From Octopus sinensis (lineage: Eukaryota), in assembly GCF_006345805.1 (NCBI RefSeq), contig NC_042997.1:29574001-29638000 (forward strand): DNA of 64,000 bases, in the 5' to 3' direction. Below the pieces are notes generated by a model that searched no databases, had not been told where the DNA came from, and was given only the letters and a program-made list of their open reading frames with translations. This document shows, piece after piece, positions 13,371 through 26,950 of this stretch (positions are counted from its first letter, which is position 1; every line of letters begins with the position of its first letter). Made by a program: the position numbers and the translations under genes.

Positions 13371-13479
13371 CACGTTTTATGTATGAAATGACTTTTATTA
13401 ATCGTGCTGGTATGACATTTTTCTAAATTTTCCACCTTTTCAATTTCCACAATATATATATATTTATATATATATAAAC

Positions 13480-13510
<31 letters not shown>

Positions 13511-13569
13511 CATACACACACTCACACACACACACGCACAACACATATGTATACACTTTTACCCTTAGT

Positions 13570-14920
13570 TACATGGACTGTTGCTTGGTTAGTTAGTTAG
13601 TTGGGCTATATTCTGCTAAGAACGTAGTACCGTAAAAGATTGGTCCATCTTCAGATTTTGCTCAGCGCAAAGGAAGTTCGCAGGAGGTAAAACATCACTT
13701 CCAGGAACAATAGAGTTGTATTGAGGTAGGTACTAATAGTGGTACTGAAAGAAGTCAACCTGCAATCCGCCTTAATGAAGTGAACCTCCTAGATATTAGC
13801 ATTAACCTTAACATATGACAGTTTTAACCCTACTACGAACTAAACACGTAAAAAACATAGATGTCAGTTTATCTGTAAACATTTTACGAGATGTAGCGAC
13901 TCTGAGACCCCTATTTGCAAGCTGAGAATAGAAGATTTTTATTTGCAGTTGAAATACAGGTATTCTAGAAAAAAAAATTGTCTTCCACAAAGCAGTTTTG
14001 TTTGCTTGAGCTTAACAAATATACTGGATGCATTTGCACATATTACAACTTTTGCAAACGGAATTCTATTCTTTGATTTGTGGAGTCTTCCTTAGGCAAA
14101 ACATAGAAGACTGACTAAGCATTTTATCTTAATATTGGTGCAGTGTCTTAGGTTCGGCACCATAGAGGAGAGGCGGATGAATTAGAGTAGTGTCACTAAT
14201 AACTCCAGTGTCTCTGTGAATAAGTGCACTACTCCATAAACGTTATTGCAGCTTTGCTAAAGATACACTCAGCCGAAAATCTGTGATGACCTTTCATCGA
14301 CTATGTAAGGATTTGAAGAAAAGGGACTAAAAACTATCATAAATGTCTCTCTTGAGTTGATTTTACCGTCCTTATGTAATTGGACAAGAATTGAAGTGTC
14401 ATTCTAGTACTGGATATGATATAATCGATTATTCTTATGCCGATAATACAATCCAAATTCTTTCGACATTGTGTGTGAATGGATCAAAGGTCACCAAAGG
14501 AGATCTACATTTCGTTTGTTCTTGTACATGAGAAGAACAAATACTGCCAGTACAAATGATGCGGTTTTAGCAGGAAGGGCTGTAAGACAGTATTATTTGA
14601 AGCAAAATTACATCTCTAGAAAATCTTAGCTCAAATTTGGGATAATAATAATAATAAAAATATAGAGAGAATAGAACTTAAGTTACTAATGCTCTGGGAA
14701 GTGTTTTGTATGACATGGGTGATGAAGAAAATAAAAGCAATACAGTTTGTAAGAGAATATAGGAGTGCACCAGGAGCACATGCGTAGACTATGAATAAAA
14801 CAAACTGGATACAAGTCAAATGGTAGAAGCAGAAGAAACATATCAGTGGTTCAGTAGTTGGAGAGGAGTTGCAGACGAGTTGTAAGCGGCTTCTGACCAA
14901 TCATTTCCGTGGCTTTTTTG
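13570..14920 (-). mobile_element. Decayed CR1/L2/Jockey-group LINE (endonuclease to RT start)
   Basis: The minus strand has a degenerate GDFNAH-like motif (FGDL*SIHTQ, ~14480) and further APE-like residues, with many stops. Confidence 0.4.
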
Positions 14921-15879
14921 CCTAAGGCCTAGAATGTGCGTGAGAGTAGAGATTAGAACAATCCCAGGTGTAAGAACTGGACAAATGTCTACTGTATATA
15001 ATGTATGTTCTGTAGTGTATTATTAGACTGCATCAGTAGTTTTATTTACAAACACTACAGAACATACATTATATACTACGCTAATGAAAAGAACAATTGT
15101 TATGAAGTAAATAATATAATGTTCCATGTATCTGCCTAGAAAAATGCTAAATATGAAAATTGTTTAATCAAGTTTATTTAAAGAAGTATGCTCAGAGAAG
15201 GTCTTGAATCAGTCCATCATATTTCTGCCTATATAGATTGCACGGCATACATCTTCGCAGTCGCATAAGAAATAGTGTAACAAAGCTATGAAAATCATCG
15301 GCAAATACGTTTTGTCTCTTTCTAAAGTAGGTTTTCTCCAAATTTCCAAGAGTCACTTAATCTAAATGTGTATATTTCTGCGTACAGTAGAACTAAATAC
15401 GGCAGACTGTTTAGAATCATTGAAATGTATAAATTAATAGTTTTTTTATCCGGCGATATTTTGCATCTTGCTTCCCGTATTATTTGAACAATGAATATTA
15501 TATCAATTATCTATCGTAGCCACCTTCAGGTATTTACATTTACGCTTTGTATTATAATTTTTATACCCTTTCGCATTTTCTTCTTGTAAACCTCATCCAT
15601 CTTCAGATGGGAAACCTTTCTTCATTTCCCTTTGAGATATGGGGTTCTCGCTCATTCTATAGAAATGCACATAATTCACAAATAAAAGAAAATCTATTTG
15701 AACCGCATTTACTTAGTGAACAATAAACAACTAACACAACGCGAAATGAAGGAAAAATGAACTTTTGCAAATAGCAGGATCTACATTATCAAAACCAAAC
15801 ATTTATTATTATGAATATCAGCTGCAATAATACATAATAATAAAAGAAAAACAGGTATGCAAAGCAAGTGTATAATATG

Positions 15880-17190
15880 AAAAGGTAAAGAAAATATGAA
15901 TATCTTTGTCATAATCTTCACAAACATATGAAAATGCAAGTAAGAAAAACATCAACAAATTTTGTGAAGTTGAAAAATAATTCAACTTCAAAAACTACTA
16001 AAGAGCTACTAAAAGCATTGAAGCAAACAACAATTACATTTGCCCCAAGAAATTATGTCATCAAAGACAATGAAGGCAATGTGCGCTTTGAAAGAAAATA
16101 TCTATCAATTTATCCATCTATGTGGGCGTATATTTTGTGCGTTTGTTTATCAGATAAAAGGAATAGAGTTACATCTTATAAGAAATGTTAAATAACTAGT
16201 ATGTAATAAATATGATCGAAGTAAAGATTGTGATGCTGAAAGAGAAATCTATCTCCAGTATCTGAAATATAAAAAATAAATATGTTGTGAAAAATGTTAG
16301 GAAAAAGAGCAAAAGCCTTGGAACAAAGATTACAGCAGGGAATTCTGGGGAAAATTTAAAGAAATCTTACCGGGAAGGTTTCAAGCTGTGTGCGGTAAAT
16401 TACGGTACTGCACTCTGTGGGCAAATATGAGGGATAAATATAAATTTCTTCTACTATGCAAATGTAGCTTTCCAGTTAAAATCGGTGAATCAAAGGCCGC
16501 AATTTGAGTTATGATCATGACCTCTTCTAACTGTTATTCGCTAAGAGGATTTGCGAATTTTGATGAAGAAATTGAAGAGAAAAGTGAAAACGTGACTTAT
16601 TCATTAATTTTGACACAACTAAATCAATCATTTTCTCCTAAACAAATGCTCAAGATAATGTTTTAATAGTTCATATTCAATCGGTGTGAAGTTGTGAATC
16701 AATATCATAACAGCAAAGAGATAAAATTAGGGATTTCAAAAGTACAATCTGTTATCTCTATGTAGCACATTTGGAAAAGCTATCAATAAGTTCAAATTGA
16801 TGCAAACTTTGATATTCCCAAAAGCAAAGTATTGATCCGAATGCTAGGCATCTGAAAAGAAATAGCTCTCAAGTTTGGCATTTTGAAAGAATACTATGTA
16901 TTTACTGAAAAGAAAAGTTAACCAATCAACGTTTATTGAGCTAAACTGAAAATGAAGAGAATGTTCAAAAGGCATCATAAATATGTTGTGTACATATCAT
17001 AAAAGCAGATGAAACACCAAAACGTTTCATTGGTAGAACAACCCATGCAAATTAGAAAAGAAAAAATATAAAACAAAATTGTGGAGATTACATTTCATAA
17101 AAAGCAGTAGAAAATAACATAAACAAGAATAATCGGACAAAGGAGACACAAATCAAAAATACGTGATTGCTGATATGGAATATTTCAGCT
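15880..17190 (+). mobile_element. Decayed RTE-clade LINE
   Basis: KNNSTSKTTKELLKALKQ...VIKDNEGN resembles the RTE linker. Downstream residues resemble the RT C-terminus (RISK...HIWKS). Confidence 0.5.
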
Positions 17191-17349
17191 TTTATCAGAC
17201 AAGTTGGATATTAAACCTGATGAGGTTTCTTTGTCAGCATATTAGATTAAATCCCTTCAATTCCAATTTCAATTTAGTTATCAGATTATGGTTCCCGGAA
17301 AAGTTATTTTTAATAAAAAAAAAGCTTTAATAACTTTAATGAAAAAAAA

Positions 17350-18143
17350 AAGTTTTAACATCACCTCCTTCGAAATAGCCATCTTGCGCAGAAATACACT
17401 GGAGCTAGCGTTCCTGTCACTTTTGGAATCAAGCCTGCAAATCCTTTTCCGTAAGCAAGTCGAGGATCTGTAATCCGCTTTGGATTTCGATCTCTCAGCA
17501 GCATTTTCATTTTAGGGAAGAGATGGAAGTCCACAGGTGCCAAATCTGGCGAATAGGGCGGGTACAGAAGCGATAATATATTGTTTTATATCGGTAACAA
17601 GGTGCATTGTCGTCGTTATGGATCCAATTCTTCGCGCTTCAGAGATCCGGTCGCTTTCAGCGAATGACCTCACTCATGCGTTCCAAAATGCTGTAGTAGA
17701 ACTTTCGATTGACTGCCTGGCCCAGGGAGACGAATTCGCAATGTACAATGCCACATTTCCGGGACTGATGCATGTGGAAGACCTTCCAAATCACTCAACA
17801 TCTCCAGAGACGCTTTTACGTTTTGAAGCGCCGGCACCACCAGAAACATTGCATACGTCCCAGTTCCTCTCGCCGTAAGCTTGCTGAAGTATGTTCAACA
17901 TCTCTGTAGCAGACTTACTAAGTTTAACACAAAATTTCACGTTAGTTCTTTGTACATAATCATGGCAATGTCGCAGACTAGCATACAGGTGATCGCAAAA
18001 ATACAAATTTTACATCTTGTGAAATAAACACAGAAATGTTAATCGGAACACTGCCTCATGAGGTCACTGCACACACAACCGTTTTCTGTCATCTATTGTC
18101 GCGTAACAGAACTAGTGGGGGGAATTTTGGATATCACCTCGTA
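17350..18143 (-). mobile_element. Mariner transposon remnant (second family), internally deleted
   Basis: The N-terminus QRTNVKFCVKLSKSATEMLNILQQAYGE and C-terminal APVDFHLFPKMK are typical of mariner. The 5' end is TACGAGGTGATATCCAAAA. Confidence 0.8.
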
Positions 18144-20277
18144 TATCGCTGTCTTTGGGCCTCACTCAACACTCGTTCTATGTTTGTTGACTTACATTTT
18201 TAGTTGTTTTAAATATTTCATGCTTATATCTTGACGTGTGAAATGTACTCCATGCCGTCAGCTTTCAAACGCGCGTTTTGAATGTACTAAGTTTCTTTGC
18301 ATTTCTGTTCTTGCTAATTCACTTAAACTTTAGTTGACAATTGCATAGTTATAACTAATTACTAAAACAGGTACACTATTATTACTTGTTGCCTTCATTT
18401 GTTGTAATTTTCACAGCTCCCAATATCAGCATAAAACTTCTATTATATGTTTTTGAAATTTCCTCTTATTTTTGTTTATGTTGACCTCTCTCCCGTTCTT
18501 TACATCCAGAACATTAATTAGTCTAAGTTTCGGTAACTTGAAAATATGTCAAATAGCAATGGGAAATTGAAAAAACATATATATTGGGTAGATCTAGCAA
18601 CAAAGAAACAACACTACATATAAACATGAAATTTCCCAGTTGGCAAACTTGTACATACTGTTTCCAACTGCTCCTCCTATATACCTAATATAGAGGATTC
18701 TAATACAAAATCGGAATATAAGTTTATCATTGTATTTGACTTATGTATTGCAATTCCGCTTACTTCTATGTAAATAGTTTGATTATCTTGCTTTGTTTCA
18801 GAAGTGATTTAATAGTTTTCTTGAAGATTGCGTCTCATAAAATTTGATTAGTAAATTCAAAATGAAATAGTAGACGATTATGCTTTTAATTTTTAATATA
18901 GGTTTATCTAATCATTAAAAAAAAGAATTTAATTAGTTATGCTATACAACAGAATACCCTAATACAAATTAAATCATGTTAACTCAGATGGTCGAAGCAT
19001 ATATCGAGTGACCTTACGAAAATTTAATTAAATGTAATTAGAAAAATGTTTTGGGAACATACCTTCTGACATATAACAGATATTTTATTACACGTATTAT
19101 GTGGAACCCATTAATCTACAAGAAAATATAACCAAATTTATGATGCTAAATATCTTTGTGAATGTGAATTGTCAAAAAATGTTTCTATGACTCAGGTTGT
19201 TACATTCGAAAATCCCTATATATTTGGTTATTTCCGTTTTTTAATCATTATATCTAGTACTTCCTACTTTTGCTGTGTTCATCCTTTGCATGCATTTTGT
19301 AACGTGTTTATTGTATTCTGTGCGAGAAGCGTGCATACTATAATATATTTCTGGAAAAAAGAAAAGTTCTGTGTGGACTTCCACTAACTTCCCAGAGCAA
19401 AGTGCAGTTAATGGCAATAGATTTAACAGAAAATAGAAAAAGAAAACAGAAATGGAAAGAGAGATCGGCTTCAGTTCGTTAGTGATACTTTATAAATATT
19501 GACTCCAGAAGGATCAGGCGCAAATTTGAACAGAATACAATAAGTACTCGATGAATTAATTACGATTCTGCCAGTTAATTGCCATCACTATCTTAAAGTG
19601 GGAATAAAGAAGAATCATTTGAACACATGGCAACGGGTTTAAATGCATGAAGTAAATGCATTCTATTAATCAATGGAGAGTTCCAGGCCTAACAGGACTA
19701 GCAACTCATTCGCGCTGATTATTAACATGAATGAGCAACGTCAGCAAAAGAATTGAAAACGGGAGTGGAATTCCCTATAAAATCGGCTAATTTGTACAAG
19801 AATTGAATGTTGAATGTAAACCGGCATAGTTAATGGAAGGGGTAGAGTGGTGATTTGGAATAAATTTGGTTTGAGATGGTATGGTGATCAGTAGCTCAGA
19901 GAAACATAAGTAGGAGAGATAGAAGTAATCTATGTCTGAAGACATCGAAGATTGCGAAAAGGAAACACTTTCCCAATCAGTTTCCTGTCTGCTGAAGTTG
20001 TACACATTTTGTAAGGTGGCCGCAACATCAGCATATACATGCATGTACGCACTACTAGAAAAATCTGATCGAAGTGGGTGGCTATTTTTTCAAAATTCTG
20101 TATTGCTATAAAAAATTAATAGATCAAAGTTTTTGGATAATATATAAATATATACACAACTGGAAAGTGTTATTCGAACTTCTTTCTAGTTAAAGTTGCT
20201 TATATTTCTTTGATTATTCTGTTGCATTCCTGAATTTATTGGTTCATTTTCCAAATATTTGAGTCTTTAATAATCTT

Positions 20278-21290
20278 TCCTACTCTAGGCACAAGGCCCG
20301 AATTTTGTGAGAGGAGCCAGTCGATTAGATCTAACCCAACTACGCAAAATGTACTTAATTTATCGACCTCGAAAGGATGAAAGGTAAAGATTACCTTGGC
20401 GGAATTTGAACTCAGAACGTAAAGACTGACGAAATACTGATAAGCATTTCGTCCGGCGTGCTACCGTTTCTGCCGGCTCGCCGCCTTAGAAATATTCTTT
20501 TCTACTCTAGGCACAATGCTCGAAACTTTTGGGGAGGATGCCAGTCGATATGATCGACACCAGTATGTAACTAGTACTTAATTTCTCGACCGCGAAAGGA
20601 TGAAAGGCAAAGTGGACCTCAGCGGAATATGAACTCAGAATGTAAATAAAATATTGTTTACTACTTTAGGCACAGGGCCCGAAATTTTGGGTGAGGGTGG
20701 CCAGTCGATTACATAGACCCTAGTATGCAACTGGTACTTAACGTAGCGACCTAGAAAGGATGAAAATTAAAGTCGAATTTGGCGGAATTTGAACTCAGAA
20801 AGTAAAGACAGACGAAATACTGCTAAACATTTCGCTCGAAGTGCTAGCATTTCTACCATCTCACCGCCAATTGAATTTTTAATAATAATACTTATTTCTT
20901 TATTGGCCACAGGGAGCTAAACATAGAGGGGGGAAACAAGGGGATTAAGTTGATTACATCGGTCCCAGTGCGTAATTGTTACTTATTTAATCGAAGAAAG
21001 ACAAAGTCGACATCAGCGGAATTTGAACCCAGAACGTAAAGACAGACGAAATACCTACTTCTTTACTACCCACAAGGGGCTAAACACAGAGAGGACAAAC
21101 AAGGACACAGAAACGGATTAAGCCGATTATATCGACTCCAGTGCGTAACTGATACTTATTTAATCGACAACTGAAAGGATGAAAGGCAAAGTCGACCTTG
21201 GCGGAATTTGAACTCAGAACATAACGGCAGAAAAAATACGGCTACGCATTTCGCCCGGCGTGCTAACGTTACTGCCAGCTCAGCGCCTTC
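20278..21290 (-). mobile_element. Cluster of about five head-to-tail SINE family B units
   Basis: The core aaaggatgaaaggcaaagtcgacc..ggcggaatttgaactcagaac recurs at about 20370, 20600, 20755, 21000 and 21175. The first three units carry tail type A; the last block is a dimer with tail type B. Confidence 0.85.
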
Positions 21291-22202
21291 TGAGTCTTTA
21301 ATAAAAAAAATATCATAATTATCAAACTCTTATCCAAATATGTAGACAAGTAAAACTTGCATTCTCACACCTTCCCATACATAGACACACATTCACACAC
21401 GCACACAAGAATATTCACACATACGCCCATATTTAGACATTTGTAGCAGCAAATGTTGAAGCCTTTAATCATAAAAGAGATAATAGTTCGAAGGTTTAAC
21501 TGAAATAAACATTGGATATACATTGCACATCGCAGAAACTGCAGCAATTACATAGATGTACTGCAAAATCCTCTTCTGAATTACTTGCCATATCTGAAAC
21601 CTTTCCATTGAATATATTCTATAGAACTGACCGTTAAGAAGCAAGCTAAAAAGTAAACATAAGTTACGTTGCAACATTTACGTCATGTGTCTCATTTAAG
21701 TATACCATACACTATATTTGACAGACATTTCATTTGAAATTTATCTTATATTCATTTTGTAAAACTCAGTGTGATTAAATTTCGTTTAAGAAGTCCAGTG
21801 ATCCATAACACTACTAAAGCAAAATTATGTAATATAATGTGTTTCTTTAGTTAGAATCTATACTAATTACACGACTTTTTACATTTTCTCTTAAATTGTA
21901 TTCACATATCCTTAAATATAATTCAATATACAACTGAAGGGAAACGATTAACATAAATATTAAAATATATTCTAATTCAGAACTACTTGCTTCAAGACTT
22001 TTAACACAGCACCTGCTTGTATAAATCAGTGCAAATTAGTTAACATATTTCTTTTAAAGAGAATACACCCCCTTTTAAATTAATATCTACAAAGCACGAT
22101 GAAATACAAATCTCATCGCCAAATAATATTTTCTTCTTGATCTAATGACACACATTAAAGGTAAACATGAATATTTTATCCCATCGAGTTTACACACACA
22201 CT

Positions 22203-22248
<46 letters not shown>

Positions 22249-22270
22249 TAATATATACATATATATATAC

Positions 22271-22335
<65 letters not shown>

Positions 22336-22339
22336 CATA

Positions 22340-22372
<33 letters not shown>

Positions 22373-23190
22373 CTCCCATACTCCCTTCCTTCAGGTGAAA
22401 CTCTCACGGCGTCCAAAACATCAGAGACTTGGGAGTAATTGTGGACAACAACGTAAGCTGGGCCACTCATATAAACACCAAAGTTGACATGGCCCGCAGA
22501 ATGTGTTCCTGGATTCTCAGAACTTTCCAGTCGAGAGATATCCACACCATTATCCTTCTCTTCTCCACTTTTGCCCGACCCCACCTTGAATACTGTTGTC
22601 CACTGTGGTCTCCCCACACAATACAAGGTATCATAAAAGTCGAAGCACCTCAAAGGGCAATCACAAAAAAGATAGATGGCATGACAGGCCTCGACTATTG
22701 GGGTCGACTAGAAAAGCTAAAACTCTATTCTCTCCAACGTCGTCGTGAGCGCTACATCATCTGCATGATGTGGAAAATATTCCATCAGCATTGCCCAAAT
22801 GATGTTGGCATCACCTTTAAGGTACATCCAAGGCTTGGGCCCCGTGCCATCCGCCCAAAACAAAAATCGCACTCTCATCTCATAACAACAATACGGCACA
22901 ATTATTTCACCTCAATTGGCCCCGCTCTCTTTAACATTACACCAAACACATTAAAACAGAAACTGACCCTATAGGGTTCAAGAAGTCTTTGGACAGATTC
23001 CTTCAAGAAATCCCGGATAAACCCCCTACACCCGGATATGTCTCTGTAAACAATAACTCTCTACTTGAGTGGGCCATAGTGCCCAAATTCTGACTTGAAA
23101 GACTTCACCAGGTGGTGCTATTAAGTTAGACATGGCATGGGCCAATAATGGCCGAACCTATCAAAGTATCAAAGTATCAAAGTATCAAAG
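22373..23190 (+). mobile_element. 5'-truncated CR1/L2-group LINE (RT C-terminus, 3'UTR, tandem-repeat tail)
   Basis: The [18 protein letters not shown]...[13 protein letters not shown]...LEKLKLYSLQRRRER is open for 181 aa. The tail is (TATCAAAG)x4. (TA)n runs flank both sides. Confidence 0.9.
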
Positions 23191-23219
23191 TATATATATA
23201 TATATCATATATATATATA

Positions 23220-23262
<43 letters not shown>

Positions 23263-23275
23263 ATATACATACATA

Positions 23276-23325
<50 letters not shown>

Positions 23326-23332
23326 TATATAT

Positions 23333-23766
23333 AATTAGCACGAAGCCTTAAGATGGAGAGAGCATAAAAGCATCAAAATAATGGAAAATAACTGTATGCG
23401 AGAAAACGGACAAAGAATTAAAAAGCATACATATAACATGGTTTCGTGTGTTCGCCCGAGACCTCAAACTTCCTCATTATGAGTTCCTGGGCAAGAAATT
23501 CCAAATCCGCCATGTTATAAATGAATCCATTAGCGCTCTGGCTTGTTTTGCGCCTGTAAATCAAACTGAGTGAGGTCGGTGCCCTCGGGCCAACACTTCA
23601 AACCATGAGCATGGTATATAATCTTTATGCTTTTTAATTCTTTGTACCTTTCCTCGTATTCTGTTATTCTCTATCATTTTGGTGCCTTCTGGCTGTTGAA
23701 TTGAGATTTAGCTTTCATTTCTAAATAGGTTGATGCTCACTGCATCCTTAAGGCTTCGTGATAATT
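23333..23766. mobile_element. ~430-bp MITE with long imperfect TIRs
   Basis: Ends aattagcacgaagccttaagatg and catccttaaggcttcgtgataatt. Internal perfect 20-bp inverted pair acaaagaattaaaaagcata / tatgctttttaattctttgt. Confidence 0.75.
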
Positions 23767-24139
23767 TAATATTTTATAGCTTATAATGTTATTAAAGCTG
23801 TGAACCGCCTATGTTACTGCTGTTAATATTATCAATTAAAAATATATGCCATAGATTGTATTAACAATAGTAACATCTTATTTCAAATGTAAACTTTCGA
23901 ATGTTTTTGCTTATACATATATACATAGATACATATATATATATATAGATATATATATATATATATTATATATATAATATATATTATATATATATATATA
24001 TAGGAGAGAAAAAATTATAATAAGGCAGAATGCTGAAATGAAAGTATTCTGCCTTATTATGATTTTCCCTCTCCTATCATTTTTCCACGTGTGGTTAACA
24101 CAACGCCATCATTTCCTGGTTTTATTATATATATATATA

Positions 24140-24186
<47 letters not shown>

Positions 24187-24487
24187 ATATATATATATAT
24201 ATGTATGTATGTATGTATGTATACATATATATAAAAATATAATATAATAGAATATAATATAATGGCATTTGGTTTTAAATTATATTAAATGGGAAATTGA
24301 CAACTTGTGAATATTGCTAAAGTTCTAAAATTGAAATTAAAAAAGCCCTCTCAAATATTAGAAAATACTTTAATAACATGGTAGAAAGCTTAATTGTCTC
24401 ATTTATAATCATGGGAACACAAAAACAAATGTATTTACATATGTGTGCGTGTGAGTGTTTTTGTTTGTGTGTGTAAGTGAGTGTGTG

Positions 24488-24790
24488 TGTGCGTATGTGT
24501 GTGCATGTGCGAAGGTTCGTTGTCTAGTTATTGGGAGTGTTAAACACACGATCGCGAGATTCTGGTTTCGATCACCAGACCGGCTACGATTTATGTTCTT
24601 GAGCAAAACTCTTCCTTCCACGTTTTCTCAGTCCATCCAACTATAAAAATGTAACTTACGATGTACTAGCCTTCGTATCATGGAGATTGTCGGCCTGCTC
24701 ACCTATCTAGTAGGTATCGTCATTGAAAGGCGAAAATGATGCGAAGCGCATTTAACCATCGATGTACAACAATATCCGTTAGTGTGGTCA
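24488..24790 (+). mobile_element. Diverged tRNA-derived SINE (related to family C)
   Basis: tRNA-like head (gtctagt...ggtttcgatcacc) followed by ttcttgagcaaaact, similar to 40343-40640. Confidence 0.5.
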
Positions 24791-24891
24791 GTCACGTGAC
24801 CACGTAATACATATATATATATATATATACATGCACATATAATACATACATACGTCCATACACGGACACTTGCTCGCACATGCACAAACAC

Positions 24892-24970
<79 letters not shown>

Positions 24971-25004
24971 TGACGCCATGATAGATCGTTAGCCACTACA
25001 CACA

Positions 25005-25195
25005 TTGTTTTTCTCTTTTTTCTCTCCTTGTTTCTCTCCTTGTTTTTTCTGTGTTCCTTTATGTAGAAGAGCGTAGGCTCGAAACGTAAAAGACTTTTTT
25101 CTATTCCTGAGCGTAATACTAATACATCTGTTTGTTTTGTACACCACCTGTCTTCGCCTTTTGTTTTTTGCGTAAATTTTCCCTATATATTTATA
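25005..25195 (+). mobile_element. Penelope pLTR-like fragment with a decayed hammerhead
   Basis: cttt-aTGtAGA-a-gagc-gtag-gctc-GAAA-cg-TA-aaag at 25057-25092. Confidence 0.45.
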
Positions 25196-25210
25196 CATAT
25201 ATATATAATA

Positions 25211-25257
<47 letters not shown>

Positions 25258-25979
25258 TATTATTATTATTATTATTATTATCATTATTATTAGTATCATA
25301 ATCATCATCATCATCATCATTATTATTACAATTATTATTATTTCTAAATGTCTCAAAGAGAGACATTCAGTAACAATTGTTGAAAGTAAAGGCTATTTGC
25401 CAACATAATGCCGCTCTTCTCTGAGTGAAGATGTTACTGTTGTTTTAGCCCCAGGAAACATCGTGTCCAGAAGGCTATACGACAAAATATCTGTGTCCTT
25501 ATATTTTTGAACACGGAGTTCAATACTCATTCCTAGCGTAAAACAGCATATGTGGACTGGCTTCTGGTATATTTCCTCTTTATCAACACCGAGCAGCTGC
25601 TTGGCCAGATGGTGTTGCTGAATTCACATACATTTTTTTCATAACTATGTATGTCTACATATATGTATACAGAGACAGATAATTAGTTATATTACTGTTC
25701 TACAGCGAGTGATCAATATATGATAAAGACCAAATATTCTATTTAGGCGTAATTGATTTTTACTGCAGTATCTTTGTTTAGATACAGAAACAAGCTGTCT
25801 TGATTTCTGTGATAGATTTTAGAACAAAGCAAGTGATATAAGATTACAAATAAGATAAAATAAGCATTTCCAGATTTATCATCTATGCATATAAATATTG
25901 GAAATTTAACTTCATATTCTGACTAATATCTCTCGTATTATTACTATATATGTGTACACTGATAATACATAATCTTTTG

Positions 25980-26950
25980 AATTGTGCTCCAACCATAGTA
26001 CTTCATGGGATCTAAACGCGGCATGCTTGGAGGCCGTAACCTTGGTGTAAGACAATCATAAAATCATGTAACGCCAATTCATTACTGAGTTGCGTGATCT
26101 TTGTGAGAATGTACTGAGTTTTGTTGGAGCACTTATAGCCCTTCATTTCGTTCTCCACCCATCGACGATCTAATAACAATTTCTGACACATCAACGTATA
26201 CCACAATGTTAATTCTAAGACCCTATGGAAATATGTGTGGCGGAATACATTAAATTCCTTTACCATTTCTAAAACCATCACAGTTCCTGGAAATTTAAAA
26301 CGATGTACAGGTTAACATCTGCCCCTTCTCATCGATGCTTTTCTCATGAGACAAGAACCACATTATGCCATGTCCGGAAGAGTTTTTAACCTCGTTCAGT
26401 GAACAATTTACAGTGATCAAGGTTTTTCCTTTGTCTTTACAGGCATAGATTGGCCTCTCCTCCGCACATACGGTTTATATCGAAACTCCTTCTACACTAT
26501 AGTTTCGAGAGTTCACTGAGATACTCGAAGTACTCTGGTGTTGGGCCTCACTAATTTTTCATTGATTATTTATTTTGAAATCCTTGCATGTATTGCTGTG
26601 TCTGTATACTGTCCGAGCGTTTATTTCTTCTCCGCTATAGTTGAAGCATCCTCACTAGAGGCTTGTATTTCCAACCGATCATTAAGCACAAAATGTCTTG
26701 CAATATTTAGAGCGTTGGCAACTTCTAAATCACTGTCTTCCACACATGCTGAAACAGTGCAGCATTGCTGATACTGTTGTCGGTTTCACAGATTTTAGAA
26801 TCTTAGGTACTTCCAAGAAGACTTGTTTGTTTACTACTATTACTAATGTTATTTCTGTAGATGGTCGGAGGGTAGACAAATAGAATTTCCGTTAACCTGG
26901 CATTTAAACTTTTGCTGGTGACTTTCTGGGAAAATATATTTATCCAAAAA
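25980..26950 (-). mobile_element. maT/DD37D-like Tc1/mariner remnant
   Basis: The minus strand gives DLEVANALNIARHFV, LWFLSHEK (FSDEK-like), KFPGTVMVL and PRLDPMKYYGW (SPDLNPLDYYVW-like). Confidence 0.65.

Noticed and set aside
15560-19960. Other CUGANGA matches (~15600 minus, ~17218 plus, ~19935 plus)
   Set aside because: Each lacks a pairable stem II or a correctly placed GAAA.
22087-22653. 188-aa minus-strand ORF
   Set aside because: It is the antisense of the CR1/L2 fragment running into a (TA)n tract.
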